A stretch of DNA of 58,836 nt, counting the filler, from Catajapyx aquilonaris (Eukaryota), in NCBI GenBank assembly GCA_000934665.2. It is 4 parts of 4 records of this genome, joined end to end, with 100 filler letters (N's around TTAATTAATTAA, not from the genome) between each part and the next. Parts side by side here need not be neighbours in the genome. Positions count along the whole stretch, not along the records: positions 1 to 14,689 come from KZ539726.1; positions 14,790 to 29,385 come from JYFJ02007729.1; 2 more parts are not named here. One strand, 5' to 3'. The translations under genes were made by a program, and so were the position numbers. The notes beneath the pieces were generated by a model that saw only the letters and a program-made list of their open reading frames with translations, was not told the origin of the DNA and did no database searches. How positions within the stretch are numbered: position 1 is the stretch's first letter; every line of letters starts with the position of its first letter. Shown piece after piece: positions 13,665 to 25,600 of this stretch.

Positions 13665-14689
13665 GGTCCCGGCGCCGCACATGGCGTTCATGGCTTCCAT
13701 GGCTTCCAGCAGGCTTCTGCTCCCCTTTATATGAGCTTTAATTCACTGGCCCAAACCTTTGATGGATTCACGTCCGGATTGCGGCCAGAATTTTTGGGTA
13801 GCGGCTAAAAGTAGCGGAGATGAATCCGCGGCCGTCACTCATCCCCGAAAATGCGTGAATTAGGTGAGTTTGTCCCAAACAAGGCCACTTTTGGCTCCAG
13901 TGCTGCACTCATTAACTTTGAATGGACCTCCCCCCCGAATGGAACGCCCGGTAGGAAATTATACCAAACTATAGGGGAGGGGTGGGCTCCGGGCACAAAC
14001 TTTTTCATCATTATTACGCCCCCCCTAGTCTCCCCCAACCAAAAAATTGGGCGCCCAATGGGTCAGGTGTCCCAACTAGAAACATAGTCCCACGCACGGT
14101 GAGCGGAAACGAAAGCAAAAGGTTGACAGCTTCCGGGGTTACACAAAATTGCTGGTGTGTTTTTTTTAAGTGGAGAGGTCGAGGGTCATGAGAAGTATCG
14201 GGTGACCACTGGAAGTATGGGTGTTGGGTTCCCATGGTTTTCTTTTTTGTCCCTCCTTTTTTTTCCTTCTTCTCTGACTGTTGAAGGTGTTTTTTTAAAG
14301 GGCGGAACACATGGGGGAGAGAGCCTCGGAATTAAAAGCTCGTTTTCCACTTTATTTGCCGGCTGGATGATTAAAATGTCGTCGGCAGGTGGCGGTGGCG
14401 TCAAAAGTGGGCGGTGCCTTCTCGGGGGGCTTGCAGTGTTGCCGAATCTGCAGAGGAAAAAAGAAACAAATGGAAAGGAATCATACGACACATAATTGAG
14501 AAGTGACCCAGCCATACAAACAATCGCCTACAGGTAGTATACGGTAGTGAGAAAAGTAATATATCGCCATGATGGACTTTGTCCGCGCAGTAACTCATCA
14601 CCAACGTGCATGTAGTACTACTTTCCCCCTGAGAGTGGCAGGAGTGTGCAGAGGGACAGCCTCGCCAACTGGCACTGGCATATCGTACT

Positions 14690-14789
14690 NNNNNNNNNNN
14701 NNNNNNNNNNNNNNNNNNNNNNNNNNNNNNNNNTTAATTAATTAANNNNNNNNNNNNNNNNNNNNNNNNNNNNNNNNNNNNNNNNNNNN
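14690..14789. other. Artificial contig linker N44-TTAATTAATTAA-N44
   Basis: Exactly 100 bp; the 12-mer places stops in all six frames; identical at three places. Confidence 0.97.
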
Positions 14790-16358
14790 CCATCCATATC
14801 GACACACTTCAACCGGCTAGAGTCAGTATTCCAAAGACTCAGGGCCGCCAACTTAAAAGTGAAACCGGCAAAATGTCAGTTCATGCCCCCAGAAATCAAG
14901 TATCTAGGACATGTCGTTAGTAGTGCAGGTATCCATCCGGATCCTGGAAAGGTGGTAAGCGTGGTCGCTTACCCAGTGCCAAAGACCGCGAAAGAAGTAA
15001 GATCTTTCGTGGGATTGACCTCTTACTATCGGAGATTCATTCCTAGTTTCTCTGAAATCGCCAAGCCACTTCATAATCTAACTGGCGAGAAAGCAGTATT
15101 CCGGTGGGGACCGGAGGAACAAGTGGTATTTGACACTTTAAAGCACAAACTGACGACAGCCCCGATCGTTGCATATCCGCAGTTTGATAAGCCATTTCGA
15201 ATATATACAGATGCTAGCTCTGTCGGGATAGGCAACATTCTAGCGCAGGTGCAAGAAGGTGTGGAAAGAGTCCTCATTTACTCGAGCCGTTTGTTATCTC
15301 CTGCGGAGAAAAATTATTCGGTTATTGAGCGTGAAGCACTGGGGGTAGTCCAGGCCATCAAGACTTTCCACCCATATATTCATGGACAATCCTGCGAGGT
15401 GATAACTGACCATAATCCTCTGAGGTGGTTACGGTCAATGAGAAACCCCACTGGGAAGTTTGCAAGGTGGATTTTGTTCTTGGAGGATTATGACCCCCAC
15501 ATTTCCTACAGACCAGGGAAGTCGATGGACCATGTCGATGCGTTGTCTCGTCACCCTCAGGTAGTAGTGTCGCCCATTGAGACCACCCCGTTAGCGTCCC
15601 AATGGCAGAAGGCAGATGCCGATCTTGGCCATATCCGTCGTCACTTAGTGAGTGGTGTTCCTCTACCTTCTCAGTCGGAATGGACAAAGGATCTCCCCTA
15701 CTTAGTGGTGGACAAAGGTTTGGTGTATCGCCGACGAGGCATTACAGACAATGAAGTCCTAATTCCCCCTGATCATCGGAAAACTCTGTTTGACTTCTAT
15801 CATGGCTCACTTAGCGGAGGACACTATGGGTTTGAAAAAACCTACGCTAGAGTCAAAAACAGGTGTTATTGGCCGAACATTAGCATGGATATGAAGAAGT
15901 GGTGCCGAGAATGTATCACCTGTCAGCAAACCAAATCCCCACGGCAGAAGTATCGAGCCCCGCTTCAACCAATAGAAGTTGGTGTTCCAATGGACACCTT
16001 AGGGATCGATATCATCGGTCCATTGCCTGTCACTTTGAGTGGTAATAGGTATGCTTTGGTGGTCATAGATTTCTTTACGAAGTGGGCCGAGGCATATCCT
16101 CTTGCAGGGATTGACGCTGTGACTGTGGCGAAGACGTTCGTGAAAGAGTTCGTTTGTCGTTACGGGGTCCCCGCTCGCCTTCTGTCGGACCAAGGAACCC
16201 AGTTTGACGGCAAGATATTCAATGAGGTTTGTAGGTTGCTCTCGTTCCAGAAGTCTCGAACGACCGCCTACCATCCCGAAGATAACGGGATGGTTGAACG
16301 CGTGAACGGGACTCTTGTCCAAATGGAGTTTGGCAGCAAGGAGTTTGGCAGCAACTAA
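14790..16358 (+). CDS. pol: Gypsy pol: RT C-terminus, RNase H, integrase zinc finger and DDE core (5' partial, frameshifted at 3' end)
   Basis: Frame is open from the contig edge; YLGH, FVGLTSYYRRFI, TDAS...ERE...TDH (RNase H), H..GH..CITC, DIIGP, SDQGTQF, YHPEDNGMVER. Confidence 0.93.
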   Translation, partial: PSISTHFNRLESVFQRLRAANLKVKPAKCQFMPPEIKYLGHVVSSAGIHPDPGKVVSVVAYPVPKTAKEVRSFVGLTSYYRRFIPSFSEIAKPLHNLTGEKAVFRWGPEEQVVFDTLKHKLTTAPIVAYPQFDKPFRIYTDASSVGIGNILAQVQEGVERVLIYSSRLLSPAEKNYSVIEREALGVVQAIKTFHPYIHGQSCEVITDHNPLRWLRSMRNPTGKFARWILFLEDYDPHISYRPGKSMDHVDALSRHPQVVVSPIETTPLASQWQKADADLGHIRRHLVSGVPLPSQSEWTKDLPYLVVDKGLVYRRRGITDNEVLIPPDHRKTLFDFYHGSLSGGHYGFEKTYARVKNRCYWPNISMDMKKWCRECITCQQTKSPRQKYRAPLQPIEVGVPMDTLGIDIIGPLPVTLSGNRYALVVIDFFTKWAEAYPLAGIDAVTVAKTFVKEFVCRYGVPARLLSDQGTQFDGKIFNEVCRLLSFQKSRTTAYHPEDNGMVERVNGTLVQMEFGSKEFGSN

Positions 16359-17493
16359 CCCGGATTCGTGGGACGACCTTCTCCCGTATTCTTTGATGGC
16401 GTATCGTAACAACGTCCATGCCTCAACGAATGTCTCTCCTCACAAAATGACATTTGGGCGCGAAGCCCTAATGCCTGAAGATCTGTTAATCTTTGGACCG
16501 TCAGGGGTACCGGAAACATCTTCGGACCATACAAAAAGACTAACTCAAGACATCCATCAGATGTTCAGTAAGGCCCGTATCAAGTTAGATAGGGCCCGAG
16601 AGAAGCAGAAGTCCCAATACGACAAATTCGTACATGGTAACCCTTATCCTGAAGGTCAATGGGTATGGTTAAAGAGAGGGGCAAGGAAAAAGCTACAGAA
16701 ACCCTGGGCGGGTCCTTTCCGTATTCTGAAACGGATCGGAGATACGACTTACCAAATCAGTGATTCTGAGGCCAACACCACTAATGTACACTTCAATCGC
16801 TTAAAGCCTGCGTTTGGAGTCCCAGTTCCTACTCCACCCTCACAACAACTCCCCAGACCTGATACCCCTACAACACCTTCTACCTGCTTCCCTCCAGCTA
16901 TGCAGTCACCTCCAACCCATACACCTGGCCCGGCCTCTCCTACCCAGCAGCAGACCACCACGTCAGATGAGACCATCGAAGAGAGTGACCCAACGCTGTC
17001 TCCATCCTCTATGGGCAGTACCCTGGAACCCATCTCGGAGTACGAAGCAGACCAGACAGAGGCACCCACAACGGAAGTCATCACCTCGGATGACTCGGCG
17101 TTCCTCAGCCCTGAGACCACTAGTACCGAAGGCGCCAAGACGACCAGCTCCACTGTAACACCGGCTGCACCTGCCTCCTCTGGAGGACCGCTACCGCCTA
17201 AGGCCCTCCCGGAGGGACAGCCGAGCACGTCACAGAGGATGCCTAAAACGGTGCCCACGAGACGATTCTACGCTAAACCACGATGGCCGTATCATCCGTC
17301 ATCAAAGCCGCCTCCAGCCAAGAAGGACCTGCGGACTGGAAGCCGTGCTGCAATCCCTACCAAGACAAAGAAATACACCGTCACGAGTGAGGACTCCACC
17401 CCGCCGGACAAGAGTCTCCAGGTTCTACGGAGTGAAGTGTTCCTCTCATCGGACGAAGAATTAGAATGGCATGACGCCATGGGACATGATTGA
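16340..17493 (+). CDS. pol: Continuation of pol after the frameshift: integrase C-terminus (GPF motif) plus long P/T/S-rich tail
   Basis: SWDDLLPYSLMAYRNNVHAST, WAGPFRI, VHFNRLKP; the frame changes at the 15-bp tandem repeat 16325-16354. Confidence 0.88.
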
Positions 17494-17634
17494 GATTGTG
17501 ATTTGACTAGTGTTTATGACATGGACGTAGTGTAACATGTTTAGCTTAGGGTTGGCCAACCACATTGAGGGTATTTCTTATGTGTCTGTAAGTGTTCCGC
17601 TTGCTCCCTTCGGTCCCTGCTCCGTTGGGAGGTG

Positions 17635-17929
17635 TGTAACGGTATTGCGCAATTTCATTTCCCCGTCTTGCACCACCATCTGATCCATACTATAACCCTG
17701 TCACGTGACCTTGCGTTGTTCCCATCTCGCATTGCGCAGATCGGGAGGCGCTCCTTGGGGCTCGAGGCCAGTTGAGACTGAGCCGTCTCCCGGACCGGAT
17801 CCTTCCCCTATATTTCTCCTCACCTAGTTGTTCCTTTACGAGTGACATGTATCATCAACCCTCCGTAAGACATTAAAGTCGTTCATCAGCCAAGTCCCGA
17901 TTTGATTCTTGTAACCCGATCCGGTTACA
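17635..17929 (+). repeat. 3' LTR (295 bp)
   Basis: TGTAAC...GTTACA inverted termini, GGGAGGTG just upstream, TATA-like at ~17808, ATTAAA at ~17872. Confidence 0.8.
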
Positions 17930-18934
17930 TAAGTGAGGAAGGACGAAGCCGGAGTGACAGAGAATGACATGAGGGACAAAGGGCAGAGTTCATAAGCCCA
18001 AAACCAGCGGTTGACCTCTAGAACAGCAATATTAATGTGCCCCACTGGCCGCAGAAGAAGTGCTCAAGTCCCTCCGTCTCTCTTGTTCCAGATAATTACG
18101 TCGTATGTGCCATATCCACAATGTGATCTTATATAATTATCAATTATTATTGCCTATTATACCGTATGTGAGAAATGTGATGTCATGATGATGTCAAATA
18201 ACTAACTTATTCCAACCTGCCTATGATTGAGCACGTTTGCGACTGTTGAGATATAAATGATAATATTCTATTCGCCCGCTTGCTACTTTCCTTGCCACGC
18301 TCAAACGACACAAAAAATATTCTCTCTCAGCCATCGGTTCCAGCAACCTTCCGAATCCATCAAGTCTATAAACGAAAGATGCCAGGGAATAAAAGTGGGA
18401 TTCAAACACAGCAATCTCGAGACTACTGTAGCTGATTTAGTTGAGATCCTGGTCAATTCTCATCAACCCTCAGTCAATTACAATGCCCCTTTACTGATGA
18501 TTCACTGCAACTAGCATGTTATTATGGCATTGATATTTTAACGTGAATGTTGGGAACGGTTGGGAAACACATTTTCGGGGTTAGTATTAGTGTAATTTGA
18601 TGGCATGTGCATTGTTATCAAAGGTTAGGTATATGAGACATTTTCATTTTTGTAACGTTGGTACACTGGAGCTTGGTGGGTCTTTGATTCGCATGGCCTA
18701 CTTTGCTCTGCATAATTTGAATTTTAGAACGACCACCCCCTTCATCTCGTGCAGAGTTCAGGGTCACCTCTGGCTTCGTCTCGGGTGGTATTTCCACAGA
18801 CTAAACCACCCGGGGGAGTTCACTAAAAATGGCCACCACGTCAGATGCACTGCACTTTGCACATCCCCTCCTGTCATCCTGCCCGTGGGCCCGGGCTCTT
18901 CTCAATGGCTCCAACTTGTACACTATGTACGATC

Positions 18935-18985
18935 AAATAATAAAGGTCCGTTCCGAACGCCGAAAGGTGAAGCACTACCCCCACA

Positions 18986-19072
<87 letters not shown>
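18935..19072 (+). repeat. Retroposon 3' end with (TTA)n tail (microsatellite 18986-19072)
   Basis: GGTGAAGCACTACCCC just before the (TTA)n tail; a near-identical motif ends the SINE at 36609-37041. Confidence 0.7.
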
Positions 19073-19826
19073 TTAGAACGACCATGTACCTTCACAAAGT
19101 TTACATGACTGTGTCAGACTCTGCAATGAATCGAACTAGACTAGTGGCACATACACGACACAGATGAGATCACACGTCTTGCTTGTCACCTTCAACGTCT
19201 CATTGGGCACCTTGGGATCCACAAAATAATTCCGTTTCATCACAAATATGCATTCTTCGTGTGCCAGACACAATCATGATACTCTTTGTGGGTAATAAAC
19301 ACCGCAATTGAGGGGTATTAAGAATGATAATCTCCATCTCCACCGCACACCTAAAAGGAACAGTTCCCTTTACTCTCCTCATCATCATCGTCATCATCAT
19401 GAAGATTTCTGACACCACTATAAATAATTATCTAATGGATGTAGTGATAAAAACATGCCGTATTATCATGTAGGCTTGTGTGAATTGCATGTCTGCTGTC
19501 AGATAATAAATTAATAATACTCTAGGCTGATTTTGAATTATAAAGGAAAATAATGCTGAGTAGTTAAGCACTCCTCCTGATTACAATTTCTCGTGATTAT
19601 AGGCATCCACTTGCCATTAAGGCATATTAAGGCATATTTGTGATTGACGAGACAAGGAGTAAGCCTTCACCACCTAATTATACGTACGAGTAAGTTAACA
19701 CCTCTGGAAGGCAAAAAGAGCAGTCGGACTCCACGGATTGAAAGATCCTGGGTTCGATCTCAATCCCGGGTTCCACTTCCTCACACCGCCGCGCGCCGGA
19801 GTTGCGGTGTTGTGTGTAGTGTTTAA

Positions 19827-19990
19827 AGGGACACTCCACTCAAAAACAAGTTGGTCTCTAAAAATCGGGCAAGAAATCCTGATTCCGAGGGTATAAGCAG
19901 TGTTTTTCTGAGAGACGAACAGTAAGGCCAGGGCGAGCCGTCAAAGTCTCAGAATTTGCATCGTCTGCTAATGAGGTGCCCCGCCAGTCT
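19827..19990 (+). mobile_element. Possible single end of a Kolobok-like DNA transposon
   Basis: TTAA|AGGGACACTCCAC terminus; no matching other end seen. Confidence 0.35.
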
Positions 19991-20284
19991 CGCCCATTTC
20001 ACTAGTCCGCGCCGCCACCGGGTACTAGGCGAAACTGGTTTGGTCCTGAAAGTCGTGTCTGGTCGGGCGGTGGCCGGATGAAGACTGTGGCACGAACCAA
20101 AGATGGCGTCGCCCGTGGCGTCGACCGGCGTAGACCAAAGATGGCTGAGGATTATCCCAATTTCTGCTCCGACCCGGGAGAGGCGCTGCTGCTCTTTTGC
20201 GCCAGATTCGAATTGCCGAACTTTGACGGATCACCCTGGCCCTACCGTTCGTCTCTCAGGAAACGCGGGGCCCAACATGGTCGC

Positions 20285-20774
20285 CCTATTAGGGGTCCCC
20301 CAATGTGGCCCTTCCCTTTTGTCCCTATAAAGGTCAGCGTAGTCCGGTAGGGTCGCCACATAAATGATCCGTGAAAGGTCTCATGGCGCTCTCAGGTGAG
20401 CACCTCCTGCAAAACGCCCCGGCAGGCGATAAGAAAAGAACGTAGAGGTAGTGTCCGGTGGCTGGCCGGGTCGGAAGGACGGGAGAGGTTGGAGTTGTAG
20501 GAAGCGGACCACAGACGGCAGGCGAATGAGATGGTAGGCGTGCCGGACGGACAGACAGACTGACAGACTGACATCCGTCTTTATTGATATATTAGGAAGG
20601 CCGGGAGAGGTTGGTGGTGTTACAGATGGACGACAGATGGCAGGCAAATGACGGTTGGCGTTATACAGGAGAGAGAAGGACCGCATCCAGATGGCATTGG
20701 TGGGCGGACAGACGGACAGAAAGACAGAAAGACAGAAAGACAGACAGACTCAGAAACGGTTTTATTTATATAGA
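20285..20774 (-). mobile_element. Non-autonomous Helitron-like fragments (5' ends)
   Basis: Minus strand A|TCTATATAAATAAAA followed by (CTGT)n-type microsatellite at 20774; second similar start at ~20597; 20310-20425 recurs at 29530-29642. Confidence 0.55.
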
Positions 20775-21163
20775 TTGTGCACCTAACAAACAAGGAACCG
20801 AGTAGCGGCATAAGGGTCCAGAACCTCTACGAATGGGGATATTGAGGTGGGCGGGATTATCCACTGTCGTCATTACATAACCTTCCTCTCTGTGAGGAGG
20901 AGAGGAAAGGGAGATAGAAAAAGGAGAGAGGGAGGAGAGGGGGGAGAAAATGACTTGCAAAATGTGTATAATACTTGACTATGGGCTTTCAGACCACATG
21001 AGGTAGGCTATTGAAAAAAAACACTTTTGCTTATTGTTTTCAAATACAACACATACTATGCAATTGCCCATGGGACCAGTTTTAAGAATGTCGAGTATAC
21101 ATGTATAAATGAAGTGTATTTCATTCTTACATAACTTACTCATACCTCTACTATCACAACACT

Positions 21164-21190
21164 CCCGGGCAATGCCGGGTTACTTGCTAG
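21164..21190 (+). mobile_element. Helitron 3' terminus
   Basis: Hairpin CCCGGGCAATGCCGGG, then CTAG|T. Confidence 0.7.
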
Positions 21191-22567
21191 TTATTTTTTT
21201 ATATAGAAATAGACGTTTATTAAGACAGCAGAGTTTGGTGCACTTCGGCATTTTCAAACGCATGGATTGGAGTAGAATCAAGCACTTTCTAAGACGCATG
21301 ACTTTTGGGCAACATTGCACTCATCAGTGGCAGGTATTGCTCCATATAGTATTCAAATTAACTTATAATAAGTTGGTTGCAAAACTAATGATCATCACAT
21401 ACAGTTTCTCTTATTTGAATTTTATAAACTGAGCCAAAAGGCAAAAAAAGTTCATATAAGAGCCCTTCAAAGCTAGAATGAAACATTCAGAACTTTGGCT
21501 GTAAGTTTTGTGTATTTCCAGACGGTTTCATTGTATCACATGCATAGTTATTCAATCAATCATTATGTGGCAATGCAGATACACTTTCTTTCCTGGTGCT
21601 GCATTACATGGTTGCAATGATTTGTGATGAAATTGTATATAATTATTTGCACACTTGCCCCATGTCTCTGGTAGAGACCTTGTAACTTCAAAATTGACCC
21701 GCCAATTCATCACGGAAATTGATTGGCCGGCACTGTGGACGTCATCTTGTACCCAGCACATCCTCTCAGTTGCCATGGATAAGTGAAGTGCGCGTCAGTG
21801 CCAAGCCTTTCGTAAATAAATAAATAATAAATAATTTACTTGGATACAGTGGTCCAAATATTACAGATCTGTTGAGAGAGTACACAAACAGCTTGTCTTA
21901 CTTCATTGTTGTCAAAATGTAATACTCTGGTAATACTCGTATATCATGTGGCAATCCTGGCATAAACTAAAATCGCTGTAAAAATGGAACGCTCATCAGT
22001 GATTTTTAAACTCTGCACTACTGCTGCTGCTACTACTGACGGACATGTGTACTATACTGGTGATAAGTTATGTGATTATTAGATATTATTATTTTAGGTT
22101 TTCAGGGTTGTTTGTTGTAATACCTTGATTTATTGCAATGAAAGTCATTTTCAGTTCACAACAGGGGTTTACTTACGTCTCCTTCATCATTTACTACCTC
22201 TAGTAGGGAAAATGCATTGATTATGCTGATTTGATTGATTGAATGATGGACTACTGGCATGGGGGCATTCATGATTTCAGCCATAACGCCTGCTCCCTAT
22301 GTAATGACCCAACCGAGGTGAATAGGAATGGCGGGCTAAGAATATTATTTTGAAAATAAATTGCGCCAGAACAGCCATATCTAAGTATCTCTACAAGTCA
22401 AATACGTAGGCATGACGTACGAGCTTATAGTACACTTTGTAAAATCGCCACGAAGTATGAATATTCACTTCAGATTTTCGTGTAATACATTATTTCTGAT
22501 ATCGTTGGATGTAGAGAATCTGAAGTATTGTTAATGCGATGGTCACTTTCAATTTCATTAAGATAAA

Positions 22568-22654
22568 TGAAGGGCTCGGGAGTAAACAATGGTAAGGGTA
22601 TGGGTTTTAGTCGTTTTACATATCCCTTACCATTGTTTACTCCCGAGCCCTTCA
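22568..22654. repeat. Perfect 31-bp inverted repeat with 25-nt loop
   Basis: TGAAGGGCTCGGGAGTAAACAATGGTAAGGG / CCCTTACCATTGTTTACTCCCGAGCCCTTCA. Confidence 0.9.
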
Positions 22655-25600
22655 AATGTCACGTTTGATATCGTGTTGGATTACCATATGTAGAGGTGCC
22701 AACCTTTAATGAAAGTACAGTAACTGGTATAAAATTCAACACGCATCAAGCAAGGTCGTTCTTATATCTGGTATGTCACTAATATTTTGTTTTTTAAACC
22801 AACATTCTGGTTTTGACGTAATCAAAAAAGGAGAAGCATATGAGTCACACATAGTACAATGTTAAGTTTTTAAAAATATTCCTGAGTTAGAACAGAATGC
22901 CTCATTATAAGTCTACTCTGGCACATGCTGAGCCGCAGGTGCAGGGCAGCACTGCGAAATGGGTAAAGTATGCAGATTGGTGAGCGTCGGAGCGAGGAAA
23001 ACAAACGTATTTCTCCTCCGCCGCCCCTCACTTTCCGGGGCTATAGACCCAATAAATCTGCCCGGATGATTCGGGTACCGCACCGGCCCGGAGAGACAAG
23101 ACCAAAACTTTGCACAGCCTGGGACCCAACTTACTTTGCACTGTTACATTTCTGGTTTCTGAAACTCTCTGACTCTCCCGGCCTCCATTCTTCCACTGGC
23201 TCTGCGGGACAGCTGTCGCTTTTGCTATATTTGGCTCCCTAAAAGGGCTTTTACTCACACTTTACCAAGGATGGTGCTTCTTTGCCGCTTTCCCAATAAC
23301 TTCACACTTGCCCAAAATTCAGAGTCGGTGCCTAAGGAAGATTGAGTTACAGGCTACTCCTTTGCCTTGACCTTTTCTATCATGAGGGATGGGAGAGGAG
23401 GGGCGGGGAGAGGGAGGAGGGAAATCTGGTGAACACCAAAGCACGCATTTTGCTAACACGAATGGCTCATGGTGCATACGATGAATTAAATATCGACCCT
23501 ATCCATCAATCTTAAGGTCATTTACTCGACTGTGTGTTTCAGAATAAGTATAAGCCCAGATCAGTATCAGCCGAAATCTTGCGACCAAACCCTTCCATTC
23601 ACCTCCATCGCCTAACTTCCAAATGTGCTGGTTCCACTTGTGAGGGCTATTTCTGACAACAAACCATTTTGGAATGATTTTTTAAAGTAGTAAATGATTC
23701 CGTAAAAATCAAGATGGACAAGACCGCGGGCAAGACCTTTAGCTGTTGGGGTCAAAAAATCACATTGATCGAAACTGCTTTTAGAACCATGGTATACCGT
23801 AAGAGGTCGTATTATTCGGCACTTGTTCATATGCAGTATTTTCTTGTCAGGCGGGGTTAGCGAGTACTCTAATAATGTTGTGAGTTGGGGGGGGGGGGTC
23901 AACATTTCTAAAGCGCCTTACCAAACTCTTTCAAATTATGAAAACTGTTCTAAAATATTTGGGCATTGTCAAGAATACTATCTTGTTGCATTTGCGGGGG
24001 GTGTTGAAATAGCATTGCATCGATATTAATACATGGCGACAAGTCATGGAAAACGGATGTTAGGCCTTTTGTACTGTACCGGCAGGAACAGTTATATCCT
24101 CGCTGATCATAATAACTATGCAGCATTTATTTGTCTCTTCATGCGTTTACTTTTCTTTCTGCAAACCCGACACTATTCTCCTGGACTTGAGCAATTTCTG
24201 GCTCGTAAGTCCGGACCATTATTGTGAACCTCCGCTATACCCGCAGTTAATTGACCCAAAAGAGAGGGCCACGGCAGCGGGCAATAGCATGGACAGCCGC
24301 ATGCCACGCCTGTGCCAGGAACACAGGCGCCGCCATTTGTGTCGTCACAAGCTAGCCACGAATATAAACGGCCTGTCAACAGCTGGTTTCGGGCGCGATT
24401 CGGACGTGTGCGTGATCTTATAATGTAACAACACATTTTTCTTCATTTCATTTATTGAATAATTGTGCAGCTAAGCAATGCTTTTGCATACCATCCGCCT
24501 TAGGTTGGAAAATATGGGCAACATTTTAAAAGCACTTGTATCTTTTATATGCTCAGATGCTCCACCATACATTGAGACGGGGGAAAGATAGGGAAAGACG
24601 GAATCAGCTCTAGCCTTTTAAAAGTGGAAGCCATACCAGAATGTCCTCTTGTTCTGAGCAAGGGATAGAGGAAAACTTAATAAAATACCGATTTGAACGG
24701 ATTTGAATGTTTTGTTGGTTTCCGTGGGTGCCGGAAACACAAAGCCACCAAGCCTTCGGAATTGTCATTTCTGGGATTCGAACCCTGGAACTGCTGGAAC
24801 TCACGAATAACAGCCTGACGCCTATACGGTATACGCTATACTTGGCTAGAAGTTGGCTAGTAGGACACAGTATAGGACAGCATTCACTTAATATAGGCGA
24901 ATTCATAATGTGATGAAGCAGTGTAACAGGCTACTGTATTTCAGTAGACTGAGTAGAGTGTGGACCAAGCCATACTCATTTATGAGGAAGCTGATCCTAT
25001 ACTGGCATCAGTGGTTAAGCCCTTGAACGGGGGTTGGTCCCAGAATTACTCCCCTAAATGAGCTTAATTGACCTTTGGTGTATAAAGGACGTTATTAAAC
25101 AAGTAGCTTCTACCTAAATAGCGTCGTGATTAAGTCATGATCCTGTGGTGAGATATAACGTGTTTGTCCGACATTGTTAACTCCGGCACGGTAACCTTTC
25201 AACGCTGTTATTATAATAAATTACTCCCAAGGGCACTGCAAGTCTACAGTTTACCCTTGGCAGCTATGTAAATGACTATACCATAAAATATTAGCTTCCA
25301 TTAAATAACGATTTATATTCTTAGTCTTCTTAAACTGACGCTCTGAATGTTTCGTACAGCGGTATAGTCTACTATGAAATCTGTACTGAGTGAATCTGCA
25401 ATGACATTGGCAGTATTCGACTGTATTTCTGTCTGAAGCAGCTAATTTAAACTTTTTCTTGATATTTGCTAAAAATTTATTGCTGCATGTAAATGCACGA
25501 GGTCACATATTCATTTCGTCGAATTTATAGTCATGAATCTGAAATACTGCCCTGCTTTGCTAAATGGAAATTGGAAATTCCAGTTGAAAGTGATCCATAT

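Larger units (their letters stand above)
14790..17929 (+). mobile_element. Ty3/gypsy LTR retrotransposon, 3' half (5' part lost at contig edge)
   Basis: pol domain order RT-RNaseH-integrase, then a purine-rich tract and a TG...CA LTR. Confidence 0.95.

Noticed and set aside
1112..14500. Many 100-220 aa ORFs in contig 1
   Set aside because: Low-complexity translations of poly-C/G/A/T tracts, overlapping on both strands, with no domains or coherent splice chain
14734..14745. TTAATTAATTAA as a biological motif (PacI/homeobox site)
   Set aside because: Centred in exactly 44+44 Ns three times; synthetic spacer
18597..19167. Poly-Leu/Tyr/Ile ORFs
   Set aside because: Translations of the (TTA)n microsatellite
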